Source: a virus
Lineage: Duplodnaviria > Caudoviricetes
IMG/VR virus record: IMGVR_UViG_3300009609_000027
Location: 1 to 53,978 of that record
Reading direction: 5' to 3' (one strand)
DNA: 53,978 nt
Below are positions 43,936 to 53,499 of the stretch, piece by piece; the stretch's first letter is position 1, and every line of letters begins with the position of its first letter. The translations under genes were made by a program, and so were the position numbers. The notes below the pieces were generated by a model. It was given only the letters and a program-made list of their open reading frames with translations, ran no database searches and was not told the DNA's origin.

Positions 43936-46900
43936 ATGGCGAACTACAACCCGCACTCACCGCAGATCCTCGGCGAGGAGTGGGTGCCGATCCGCGACGA
44001 GGATGTCGCCTTCTCGCCCAGCGTCAACGCCGTCGAGCTCGGCCACAGCTTCGATCTGGATACGTCCCGCCAGGTCCGTGACGCCCGCTTCTACGCTCAC
44101 GAGTTGCCGGCGCCCGCGGTGGCCTACCAGACCGCGCTGTTCGGCATCTACCCGTACGGGCTCGAGGATCAGTCTGGCCCGATCAGTCAGGTCATGATCC
44201 CTGTCAGCAATGGCGGCGTGACCGGCACGGGCTTGCAGATCGCTGGCGCCTCGACCGTGGCCGAGGCGTTGCTCCTCTCCGGTGATGGCAAGTACATCCT
44301 CGCCGACGGATCAAACGTGAGCCCCACGAATCTGGTCATGTTCTTCAACACCGGCCAGTACTCGCAGCTATTGCAGGGCAAGCGCATCTTGAACGTCTCG
44401 CTGCTCTACGTCGGCTGGGCGCGCGACATCAACGGCTCCAACGCCACCGTTCCTTTCGTTGATCCCGACCCGCTCACGCCCGCGACGGTCTTCCGGCTCA
44501 CTAACGACGCCGCTACCCAGACGATTACCTATAGCCGGTTCTTCGGCGCCAACACCGGCAATCTTTGGGACCTCAACACGTCGATACCGCCGTCGTCCGG
44601 CGATCCGGCCTACGGCGCACGGGAGGCCGTGCTCAACCTGGGCGACGTCAACCTCTGGTGGTCCACTGCGGTCGCGCCGTCGGCCACCACGGACGTCATG
44701 CCGTACCGGTACGCCGACCTGTTGCGCTTCGACGCATCCTCAGCCAACCGCATCAACTCGCGTGTGATCTTTCAGGTCCCCAATATCAATAGCTCCAATA
44801 CGCAGATCTTCATCGACTATTTCGCCATGCGCGTCATCTACTGCGAGGAGCAGCGCGTCGTTTATGGCGGCCGGCGCAACGGCTTCGGCAACCTGAACTA
44901 CGGCGCCAACCCGGTGACTCTGCGCAACCCGGCGCACACCGCTGATCCGATCCTGCCCGCCGGGCGTTACGTCCAGACTCTGTCGTGGGTCAACCCCGGC
45001 GACATCGACTTCGGCGGCGGAACGGTGTCGGAGTTTCCGGAGCTCAACGGGCTGCGTCGCCTCTACGAGATTCCGTCGTTCAACGGCGTGCAGCTCAATA
45101 TCCCGTTCCCGCCGGAAGAGCGCCTCGGCGACGTCTTCACCAGTAAGGTAACCGCGGTTCTGCCGCAACTCTCGCTGCACGCGTCGGGCGGGGCGCTGAC
45201 CGAGCCGCACGTCTATGGGCGCCAGGTCGCCGCCCAGGTCTACGGCGCCAACACGGCCACCCAGGACATCTACGACGACATCAGTGGCGTCAACGCCGTC
45301 TACCCGCAGGTGCGCTACTATGCCCGGCGCTTCGGCGACACGACCATTCCGCTCACGCTCACCGGCGTCGGGGCCTTCTCCGGCTCAAGCGCCTCGGTCA
45401 GCGTCGCCGACTTCGACGCCCTGTCGGAGATCATTGACGGCTGGAAAGAGGTCACGCTGCGCTTCGGTACGCCCCCGACCATGGGCGCCGCGGCCGGCAG
45501 TCCGGCATGGACCTGGTCGGCCACCAGCGAGACCGCCGGCAACCGCTGGGAGGTCATGGGGGCCAGCGCGCCCGCCGTCTCCGGCGTGCCGGGCAGCCTG
45601 CTCCACCTCGCCGCGCAGCAACTCTCCGGCGCCACCTACCAGCCACCGGCCGGCGCGACCAACGAGCTCACCTGGATGCCGCAGGGCATCGGGTCGCCCT
45701 ACGTGTCCGGCGCCACCGCCGACGTCACATCGGACGCGGTGCTCATCTTCAGCCAGGACCCACCCACCGTCACCGGCGTATCGCTCACCGCGCAAACCCA
45801 GACCGTGACCGGAATCGGGTTCGACTGCGGCTCGCTACCCTGCTGCATCCCGTCCGGTATCGCCTACCAACAGATCCAGTGGGGCGCGACAAGCCTCACC
45901 AGCCCGGCCCCGGATATCCTCGACACGTTCTCCAGGGTGGCCGCCAACGGCTTCGGCACCGCCGACAGTGGTCAGACGTGGGTGAACACACTGGTCAGCG
46001 CAGGGACGGACGCACAGATTTCGGTCAACGGCGCGACAGGTCTGCATACGCCCCAGGGCATACCGCTGGCGATAGTCAACACCATCGGCGCGAACGTGTC
46101 GGACTCCGACGCCTACATGACGTATTCCACCACCGCCACCACCGCATCGGCCGAGGTCAGCATCCTGGCTCGGTTTACCGACACCAGCAACTACTACCGG
46201 GTCGTCCACAACATCGCCACCAACGCCCTGGTGATTCAAAAGGTCGTGGCCGGCGTCACCACGGCGTTGGCTTCCGGCACGGGCGCCGGCACGACGACCG
46301 CTGCCCTACGCGTACGGTTCAGGGTCGTCGGAACGACGTTGCTCGCCAAGTCGTGGCTCGCCAGTGACGTGGAGCCGGCCGCGTGGACCCTCTCGGCCAC
46401 GGACACCGCGTTGACCTCTGGCGTGGCCGGGCTGCTGACCTATCAGGACACCGCGTCGAAGACGTTCAGCTTCGACAACTTCCAGGTGACCAACCTGAGC
46501 GTGGGCAGCTTCGGCGCCTATGAGCTGCAGCGCTGGGATTCCGTTACCGGCGGCGACTTCGAGACCATCATGCTCGCCACCGACCCGGCGCTGGTCAGCT
46601 TCAACGACTTCGAGGCGCGTGTCGGCATCACATCCGTCTACCGGATACGGTCGCTCAACGCGCTCAACTTCGCCGGCTCGTGGTCGACCTACGTGTCGGG
46701 CGCACCACCGACGCCGGGCGTCATCGGCGGCTGCCCGGACATGACCGGCGCCCTGATCTTCACCAGCAACTCGGCCCAGTCCGGCTACCTCAACGCCGCC
46801 TACGTCATGCAGTGGGAGGGCGCGCCCAGCGAGGACTTCGCCCTGCCCGAAGCCGAGATGGTCCAATTCCAGCCCATCTACGGGCGCGACGGCTCGGTCG

Positions 46901-47175
46901 CTTTCCATGGCACAGAGCGCGGCCTGGAAGCCTTCAGCCGCACAGTGCTGCTGCAGGCCGCGGCGATCGCCCCGGAGCGCCTCGCCGACGCCAAGACGAT
47001 CCGCGACCTGGCCTGGGCCGACCTGCCATACGTCTGCGTGCGCGACGACATCGGAGACCGATGGTTCGCCAACGTTCGCGTGCCCACCGTGGCGGTGCGC
47101 CACAACCGCACCAAGTACATGGCGCGCATCGACATCGTCGAGACGAGCGTCTGCCCGTACCCGGTCAACCCATGA
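43936..47175 (+). CDS. Large minor tail/baseplate protein (1079 aa)
   Basis: Directly after the tape measure gene; beta-rich and Thr/Ser-rich; lectin-like DTFSR...GTADSGQTW segment. Confidence 0.65.
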   Translation: MANYNPHSPQILGEEWVPIRDEDVAFSPSVNAVELGHSFDLDTSRQVRDARFYAHELPAPAVAYQTALFGIYPYGLEDQSGPISQVMIPVSNGGVTGTGLQIAGASTVAEALLLSGDGKYILADGSNVSPTNLVMFFNTGQYSQLLQGKRILNVSLLYVGWARDINGSNATVPFVDPDPLTPATVFRLTNDAATQTITYSRFFGANTGNLWDLNTSIPPSSGDPAYGAREAVLNLGDVNLWWSTAVAPSATTDVMPYRYADLLRFDASSANRINSRVIFQVPNINSSNTQIFIDYFAMRVIYCEEQRVVYGGRRNGFGNLNYGANPVTLRNPAHTADPILPAGRYVQTLSWVNPGDIDFGGGTVSEFPELNGLRRLYEIPSFNGVQLNIPFPPEERLGDVFTSKVTAVLPQLSLHASGGALTEPHVYGRQVAAQVYGANTATQDIYDDISGVNAVYPQVRYYARRFGDTTIPLTLTGVGAFSGSSASVSVADFDALSEIIDGWKEVTLRFGTPPTMGAAAGSPAWTWSATSETAGNRWEVMGASAPAVSGVPGSLLHLAAQQLSGATYQPPAGATNELTWMPQGIGSPYVSGATADVTSDAVLIFSQDPPTVTGVSLTAQTQTVTGIGFDCGSLPCCIPSGIAYQQIQWGATSLTSPAPDILDTFSRVAANGFGTADSGQTWVNTLVSAGTDAQISVNGATGLHTPQGIPLAIVNTIGANVSDSDAYMTYSTTATTASAEVSILARFTDTSNYYRVVHNIATNALVIQKVVAGVTTALASGTGAGTTTAALRVRFRVVGTTLLAKSWLASDVEPAAWTLSATDTALTSGVAGLLTYQDTASKTFSFDNFQVTNLSVGSFGAYELQRWDSVTGGDFETIMLATDPALVSFNDFEARVGITSVYRIRSLNALNFAGSWSTYVSGAPPTPGVIGGCPDMTGALIFTSNSAQSGYLNAAYVMQWEGAPSEDFALPEAEMVQFQPIYGRDGSVAFHGTERGLEAFSRTVLLQAAAIAPERLADAKTIRDLAWADLPYVCVRDDIGDRWFANVRVPTVAVRHNRTKYMARIDIVETSVCPYPVNP

Positions 47176-48299
47176 CCGCGCCGGCGGTAGGTGCCGCGTG
47201 GCCGGGCGTGCGGACGCTGACCACGCAGCCCGTCGTCAAGTCGTTCGACCTGGACGAGTGCGTCGGACAGCGTCAGGCCACCTACCGTTTCGAGTTGACC
47301 GACGGCGTCACCGGCATGCGGCTGGGCGACATCCACCCGATCCGGGCGGCCAGTCTCACTCACGACACGTCACGCACCATCAAGCGCCAGCTCGGCCTGG
47401 GGCTCACCGCCACCGATACGGCGGCCATCAACACTCTGACCGAGCGCATCAGCCCGTTCATGGTCGTGCCGGGCGCCACCAATCCCGACCACGTCAGCGG
47501 TGACTGGCCGCTGGGCCGCTACATGTTCGTCGACGAGTCGCTGCAGATGTATACGTCGGGCGACCTCGGCTCGGAGCAACTCTTCGACGAGATGTTCCTG
47601 GTCGACCAGGAGATCACGCGCGGGCTCAACGTGCGTGGGCTAAGCGTCGCGCAGGCCGTCATCGTGACCCTGGACGGCCTGCCGGTCGAACTGGACGCCG
47701 AGCCCAGTCCATACACCACCGCTGAAGCCTGGGGCATCGGCGCGCACCGTGGCCAGATCCTCGAGGCGCTGTCGCTGTCCGGCGACTACTGGTCGCCGTG
47801 GTTCGACAACGTCGGCCGGCTGCGCTTCCGGCGCACCTTCGACCCCGCGGCGAGTGTGCCAGACCTGGACTTCGATCTGTGGCCGCGTGTCTTCGCCGAC
47901 CCGCCTCCGTCGAAGGGTAACGACCTGCTGAACGCGCCCAACACGTTCGTGGTCATCTCCAACGCCTCAGCCAGCCCCGACAGTGGGCCGGTAGTGGGGT
48001 TGGCCGAGGTGGCGACGACGGCGCCCAACTCGGTAGCAAACCGCGGGTTCGTCATCGCTCAGGTGCTCGACGTGCAACTCTCCGACGCGACGCAGGCCGC
48101 CGCGGTGGCGCAGGGTGTCGCGCAGCGCCGGCAGATCTTCGAGCGTGTCACGCTCTCCACGCCGCCCGATCCGCGCCACGACTCGTACAACGTGATCCGC
48201 TGGCAGGGTGCCAACTGGCTGGAGCTCGCCTGGTCGCTCAACCTGGAGCAGGGCTCGCCTATGGTTCACGTCATGCGCAAGAGCTACGGCCAGGAGTAG
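47172..48299 (+). CDS. Minor tail protein (hub-like)
   Basis: ATG 47172 coupled; TIKR, WPLG.Y, WFD..G, PN..VV, PDPRH motifs. Confidence 0.65.
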   Translation: MTAPAVGAAWPGVRTLTTQPVVKSFDLDECVGQRQATYRFELTDGVTGMRLGDIHPIRAASLTHDTSRTIKRQLGLGLTATDTAAINTLTERISPFMVVPGATNPDHVSGDWPLGRYMFVDESLQMYTSGDLGSEQLFDEMFLVDQEITRGLNVRGLSVAQAVIVTLDGLPVELDAEPSPYTTAEAWGIGAHRGQILEALSLSGDYWSPWFDNVGRLRFRRTFDPAASVPDLDFDLWPRVFADPPPSKGNDLLNAPNTFVVISNASASPDSGPVVGLAEVATTAPNSVANRGFVIAQVLDVQLSDATQAAAVAQGVAQRRQIFERVTLSTPPDPRHDSYNVIRWQGANWLELAWSLNLEQGSPMVHVMRKSYGQE

Positions 48300-48302
48300 G
48301 CC

Positions 48303-49070
48303 ATGAGCCAGCCCGGGCAGGATCAGGCCGACATCACCGCCACGACGATCGAGGCGCTGCGCGCCAACGCCCAACGCCTCGGCCTGATCTGGAACCGGCG
48401 CATGGCCGAGGTCAACGACGGTACCGACCCGGCCGCGGTCATGGCCACCTTCGACGGCGACGCCGAGCCGGTGCCCATGGTCAGCATGATCGGAATGGTG
48501 TCCGCCGGTCAGCGCGTCTACGTCGACATCGTGCCGCCGGGCGCGAATTTCATCGTCGGCCGGCCGGGGGGGTACAGGTCTCGACAGCTACTGGCGGCCA
48601 CGGTCGCGTCTGTCACGTTCTCGGGTATCCCGTCGACCATGACCGGCCTACGGCTGCGCTGGCGCGCCCGCATCGACGCCGCGGTCAACCTGCAGTTCAT
48701 CGGCGCCCGCTACAACAGCGACGCCTCAGCTGTCTACTCGTGGCACTACACGCAGGGCCTCAACGCGACGGCGTCGGCCGCCCCGTTCAGCGCCCAGACC
48801 TACGCCATGATCGGATTCTGCACCGGAGCGTCGGCGCCGGCCAACGTCTACGGCAGCGGCGTGGCCAACTTCATCGGCTGGGACATCGCGCTCAACCCGT
48901 CGTTCAACCACTACTCTGAGGCGCTCGGCACCGGCGTGGCCAACTTCGCCAGTACCAACGGCGGCGGCGTCATGGCGGCCACTGGCACCTGGACGAGCCT
49001 TCAAGTCGTGCCGGCGTCCGGCAGTTTCGTCGCCGGCTCATCCTTCGAGCTGATCGGAGAGTTGCCCTGA
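48303..49070 (+). CDS. Minor tail protein
   Basis: N-terminal OB-like segment, then SVTFSGIP...F.AGS.FEL.G beta domain. Confidence 0.6.
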   Translation: MSQPGQDQADITATTIEALRANAQRLGLIWNRRMAEVNDGTDPAAVMATFDGDAEPVPMVSMIGMVSAGQRVYVDIVPPGANFIVGRPGGYRSRQLLAATVASVTFSGIPSTMTGLRLRWRARIDAAVNLQFIGARYNSDASAVYSWHYTQGLNATASAAPFSAQTYAMIGFCTGASAPANVYGSGVANFIGWDIALNPSFNHYSEALGTGVANFASTNGGGVMAATGTWTSLQVVPASGSFVAGSSFELIGELP

Positions 49071-49339
49071 TGGCCCGCTACCTGCCTTTCGTCGACGCGA
49101 TCCAGTGGACCGGGACCAACGTCACCGAGATCCGCCAGTTCGTGCGTGCCAACCCCGGCGTGATTAACGACGCGGTGATCCGCGAAGGCGTGCTGTTCCT
49201 GACGGTCACGCCCGGCGGCCCGGTCAACTTCGAGACACTGCTGCGGGTCGAAGTGACACAATGGGTGGTCAGGACGGCCGGCCAGGTCTTCGCGCTGGAC
49301 AACGCGCTGTTCATCACCCAGTACACTCTGGCGCCATGA
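49070..49339 (+). CDS. Hypothetical protein
   Basis: DAIQWTG.N motif; coupled overlaps. Confidence 0.55.
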   Translation: MARYLPFVDAIQWTGTNVTEIRQFVRANPGVINDAVIREGVLFLTVTPGGPVNFETLLRVEVTQWVVRTAGQVFALDNALFITQYTLAP

Positions 49340-50031
49340 AGCGCTTTGCGGTCATTCTTAGTCACAACCGACCGGAGCTCTTGCGCCAGACCGTCGAGGC
49401 GATCGGCCCGCAGGTCGACATGGTCATCGTCATCGACAACGCCTCAGATCCGCCGGTGCGGTATCAGGACCTGGCCGCCGCCGACCGCAACGTATCGCTG
49501 TTCAGCGTGCCCGACCAGCCGCCCAACCTCGCCGCGCTCTGGCAGTTCGGCATTGACCGCGCCGCCAACATGCGCGAGTTGAGCAGCGATGGCGAGCGTG
49601 ACGAGCCCTGGTATATCGCCTTTCTGTGTGACGACGCGCCGCCGCCCGACCGGTGGTTCCTCGCCGTCACCGACGCCATGGAGGCCACCGGCGCAGTGGT
49701 CGGCTGCTCGTCGCCCTGGCCGCACCCCGGCCCGGGCGTCAACGTGGTCAAGACCGCGCCGGACGGCGACATCATGGGGCGCATGCCGGGGTGGGCCTTC
49801 GTGCTCGACGCCACGTCAAAGGTCCGTCCGGACCAGTCGATGCACTTCTGGTGGCTGGACACGGATCTTGACCTACAAGCCCGCGCTGCCGGTGGCATGG
49901 TCATGACCGGAGGCCACCCCGTGCCGAATCTGCGCCCCGGCGAGTTCACCGCGACAAAGCCCTGGGCGGCCGAGCGCATCGGGCTGGACACCATCGCCTT
50001 CGAGAAGCGTTGGGGACCGCGGCCCTGGTGA
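49336..50031 (+). CDS. GT2-like glycosyltransferase
   Basis: ILSHNRPELL...VIVIDNAS...FLCDD...WWLDTD. Confidence 0.75.
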   Translation: MKRFAVILSHNRPELLRQTVEAIGPQVDMVIVIDNASDPPVRYQDLAAADRNVSLFSVPDQPPNLAALWQFGIDRAANMRELSSDGERDEPWYIAFLCDDAPPPDRWFLAVTDAMEATGAVVGCSSPWPHPGPGVNVVKTAPDGDIMGRMPGWAFVLDATSKVRPDQSMHFWWLDTDLDLQARAAGGMVMTGGHPVPNLRPGEFTATKPWAAERIGLDTIAFEKRWGPRPW

Positions 50032-50038
50032 GGCGTAC

Positions 50039-50076
50039 TTGACGCATCACTAGCGGCGCCGATACCGTTTCCGACC
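50039..50076 (+). promoter_or_regulatory. Operator-promoter (one mismatch), leaderless
   Basis: TTGACGCATCACTAG; TTGACG-N18-TACCGT-N8-ATG(50077). Confidence 0.75.
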
Positions 50077-50700
50077 ATGGGGTCGCCGCGCATCGTCTAC
50101 GGGGTCTGCGTCGGGTCGTGGGAGCGTTTCGCGGCCAACGTCGTGCCACGCACGCAGGGCCGCGAGGTCATCGCCATCGCCGGGCACACCTCGATCGCCA
50201 CGGCGTACCGGAAGATCCAGATGGCGGCGAGACTGCGGGCGGACATCCTGATCCTGCAGCACGACGACCTGGAGATAACCGACCCGGACGCTGAAGCCAA
50301 GATCATAGAGGCGATCGCGGGCGGCGCGGATCTGGTCGGTGTGGCCGGCGGCGGCAGCGACGGCGGCATCGCCTGGTGGAATCAGAACCCCATCGGGCAC
50401 CAACGCACCGACGTGGGCGAGATCGACTTCGGCGTACGTTTCGGCGACGTGCAGGCGCTTGAGGGCAGCCTGATCGCCATGTCGGACTGGTCGAGTTGGC
50501 TCCAGTTCGACGACCGCTACCCAGGTTTTCACGGCTACGACGCCGACATCTGCCGGCAGGCCATCACCGAGCGGCGGCGTGTCGCCGTCGTCGACATCGA
50601 CACACATCACCACACCCGGATGGGCTTCAAGACCGCGCAGAGTCACGAGGACTGGTTGGCCGCCGATCGCATCTTCCGAGACAAATGGAGACTGTCATGA
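50077..50700 (+). CDS. GT2-like glycosyltransferase
   Basis: SIA.AY, ILQHDD, GVAG, FD..Y.GFHGYDADIC.QA. Confidence 0.75.
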   Translation: MGSPRIVYGVCVGSWERFAANVVPRTQGREVIAIAGHTSIATAYRKIQMAARLRADILILQHDDLEITDPDAEAKIIEAIAGGADLVGVAGGGSDGGIAWWNQNPIGHQRTDVGEIDFGVRFGDVQALEGSLIAMSDWSSWLQFDDRYPGFHGYDADICRQAITERRRVAVVDIDTHHHTRMGFKTAQSHEDWLAADRIFRDKWRLS

Positions 50701-51908
50701 GGCGTGGGACGTGCGGCGGTTGCGGATCTGACGACCTGCGCGACGTGCTCGACCTGGGCGCGTCGGCGCTGGCCGACGACTTCCCCACCACGCGCGGCGC
50801 GGCACTGACGCAGAAGCGCCACCCGCTCGGACTGCTGCGCTGCGACGCCTGCACGCTGCTGCAGATCTCAGAACTCGTCAGCGACGAAGAGCTGTGGGGC
50901 GGCGAGTACGGCTTCTACACCGGCTCGTCGTGGGTGGCCGCCGAGCACCAGCGCCGCTACGCCGACGCCCTGCTCGCACAGTTCCCGCTGCTCGCCAAGC
51001 GACTGACCGTCGAGATCGCCTGCAACGACGGCACGATGCTGCGCCACTTCGCCGCCGCGGGCTGCCCGTCGCTGGGCGTCGACCCGGCCGGCGGACCCGT
51101 CGAGGCGGCGCGCAAGGCCGGCCTCGACGTCATCCACGACGGCTTCGGACGCGAGACCGCCGGGCGCATCGTCGACCAGCGCGGTCACGCCGGCCTGGTC
51201 GTCGCCAACAACGTCGCCGCGCACGTCGTCGACCTCGAAGATTTCCTAGCCGGCGTCAAGATCCTGCTCGCACCCATGACCGGCGTGGCCGTCCTGGAGT
51301 TCCAGTACGTCGTCGATCTACTGCTCGGCAACCAGTTCGACCACGTCTACCACGAGCACCGCCAGTTCTTCTCGCTGCGCTCCTTCGACGCCGCGCTACG
51401 CGTACACGGCCTGCGCGCTACCTCGGTCAGTCAGGTCAAACCCCAGGGTGGCTCGCTGCGCGTCGAGGTCCGTCACGGTGTGCACCACGCCGATCACAGC
51501 GTCAACAACCTGCTGCGCGACGAGGAATGGCTCAACCGTACCGACAGCATGAGCGGCCTGCAGGGGCGGGCCAACCGCATCCGCCAACGCCTGCTCACCG
51601 CGCTACGCGAGTTGGAGGGCGACGGCAAGCGCGTGGCCGGCTACGGTGCCAGCGCCAAGTCGACCACCCTACTCAACTGGTGCGACATCGACGACAAGCT
51701 GATCCAGTACATGGTCGACACCACCCCCACCAAGCACGGCCGCTACACGCCGGGCACCGGCATTCCGATCATCGACCCGTCGGCCGACTCGCGCGCTCCC
51801 GACGTCTACGTCATGTTCATCCACAACTACCTGTCGGAGGTCATGCGTCGTGAGCAGAGTTTCACCGGCCGATGGTTGGTGCCCGTGCCGGCTCCCGTGA
51901 TGCTATGA
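50697..51908 (+). CDS. NDP-sugar C-methyltransferase (TylCIII/NovU-like)
   Basis: Zn site CGGC...CDAC.LLQ; SAM motif EIACNDG; NNV.AH; FD.VYHEH; GGSLR; GYGASAKSTTLLN. Confidence 0.88.
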   Translation: MRRGTCGGCGSDDLRDVLDLGASALADDFPTTRGAALTQKRHPLGLLRCDACTLLQISELVSDEELWGGEYGFYTGSSWVAAEHQRRYADALLAQFPLLAKRLTVEIACNDGTMLRHFAAAGCPSLGVDPAGGPVEAARKAGLDVIHDGFGRETAGRIVDQRGHAGLVVANNVAAHVVDLEDFLAGVKILLAPMTGVAVLEFQYVVDLLLGNQFDHVYHEHRQFFSLRSFDAALRVHGLRATSVSQVKPQGGSLRVEVRHGVHHADHSVNNLLRDEEWLNRTDSMSGLQGRANRIRQRLLTALRELEGDGKRVAGYGASAKSTTLLNWCDIDDKLIQYMVDTTPTKHGRYTPGTGIPIIDPSADSRAPDVYVMFIHNYLSEVMRREQSFTGRWLVPVPAPVML

Positions 51909-52864
51909 GCCGCGTACTGATCACCGGCATCACCGGCCAGGACGGGCACGCGCTGGCTGAGTTGTGCTTACGCGAAGGCGACGAGGTCTTCGGGCTATTG
52001 CGCTGGGTGTCGCGCGAGCGTCGCGCCGGCCTGATGGCCGCCTTCCCGGCGCTGCGCATCATCGACGGCGACCTCATCGACCAGACCTCGCTGGAGCGTG
52101 CGCTTGAGCTCGCCGAGCCCCACGTCGTCTACAACCTGGCCGCGCTCGCCTCGTCCGGCCAGTCCTGGGCGCAACCGATGGCCATGGGTGAGATCAACGC
52201 GCTGGGCGTGCTCAAGCTGCTCGAGGCCATTCGCGGCGCGGCGCCAAACGCCCGTTTCGTGCAGGCGTCGACCTCGGAGCAGTACGGGCGCGTCAACGAG
52301 GTGCCGCAGAGCGAGCGCACGCCGTTCGGGTCGCTGAACGTGTACGGGGTGGCCAAGACCTTCGCACACCAGGCGACGATCAACTACCGCGACAGCTACG
52401 GCATGCACGCCTCGACCGCGCTGATGCACAACCACGTCAGCTACCGTCGCAACGCCTACTTCGTCGACCGCAAGATCACGCGGGGCGTGGCCGCCATCGC
52501 GGCCGGCTTCGAGACGGAGCTACGTCTGGGCAATACCGAGGCCATCCGCGACTGGGGCTGGGGGCCGGAGTACATGGCGGCCTGGCGCCTGATCGCCGCG
52601 GCCGACGAGCCCGGCGACTACGTGCTCGCGACCGGACAGGCGTACAGCGTGCAGCAGTTCGTCGACATGGCCTTCGACGCCGTCGGGCTGCGCTCAGAGC
52701 GTTACGTGGTGCGTGACGAGGCGTTCATGCGCCCCACCGACGTCATGGAGCTACGCGGCGACCCGTCCTTCGCCAACAAGACACTGGGCTGGAAGGCCGC
52801 CACGATGCTGCCGGAGATCGTGCGACGGATGGTCGAGCACGACGTCGATCTGCTGCGCTCATGA
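51905..52864 (+). CDS. gmd: GDP-mannose 4,6-dehydratase
   Basis: LITGITGQDG, YNLAA, QASTSE.YG, YGVAK, FV.RKI, LGN..A.RDWG, DYVLATG, RP.DV..L.GD. Confidence 0.92.
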   Translation: MSRVLITGITGQDGHALAELCLREGDEVFGLLRWVSRERRAGLMAAFPALRIIDGDLIDQTSLERALELAEPHVVYNLAALASSGQSWAQPMAMGEINALGVLKLLEAIRGAAPNARFVQASTSEQYGRVNEVPQSERTPFGSLNVYGVAKTFAHQATINYRDSYGMHASTALMHNHVSYRRNAYFVDRKITRGVAAIAAGFETELRLGNTEAIRDWGWGPEYMAAWRLIAAADEPGDYVLATGQAYSVQQFVDMAFDAVGLRSERYVVRDEAFMRPTDVMELRGDPSFANKTLGWKAATMLPEIVRRMVEHDVDLLRS

Positions 52865-53499
52865 GTCTGCCGCTGGTCTCAATCGTCACTCCTACCCTGC
52901 CGGGGCGCGAGGCGCTGCTCATTCGACGCTGCATGGTGTCGATCATGTCGCAGGACTACGAGGGCGAGATCGAGCATGTCGTCGTCAGCGACGCGAATCC
53001 GAAGCTGCGAAACGCCTTCGACGGCACACACCTCGTACGGCTGGTCGAGATCGGCGACAACTGGCGCAACGCCACCACCGAGCGCTCCACCGGCGGCGTG
53101 GCCTGGATGATCGGCAGTTACCTGGCGCTGGGCGACTTCGTCGGCTTCTGTGGCGATGACGACGAGCTGCTGCCGCATCACGTGAGCGCGCACGTCGAGG
53201 CTATGCAGCGCGAGCAGGCCACCTGGTCACTGTCGAAGGTCGAGTTTCGGGCGCACGGCGAGCCGACCGGAATGGTCGTCGGCGACACCAGCTACGCGCT
53301 CGGCCATCTCGACGCCACCGGCATCATGTGCTTCAAGGGCGCGCTGGGCGTGGCGCGCTGGAATCCCAACGGCGAGAACGCCACCGATTGGCAGATGGTC
53401 AACGGCTGGCGTAACGCCGGCCTGGTCGGCGCGTTCGTCGACGACGTGACTGGCATCCACCACGACGGTTGGCTGATCGGCAAGAGCGGAGTCGCATGA
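52861..53499 (+). CDS. GT2 glycosyltransferase
   Basis: LVSIVTPT...S...Q.Y...EHVVVSD...GDDDEL.P.H...DW. Confidence 0.8.
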   Translation: MSLPLVSIVTPTLPGREALLIRRCMVSIMSQDYEGEIEHVVVSDANPKLRNAFDGTHLVRLVEIGDNWRNATTERSTGGVAWMIGSYLALGDFVGFCGDDDELLPHHVSAHVEAMQREQATWSLSKVEFRAHGEPTGMVVGDTSYALGHLDATGIMCFKGALGVARWNPNGENATDWQMVNGWRNAGLVGAFVDDVTGIHHDGWLIGKSGVA

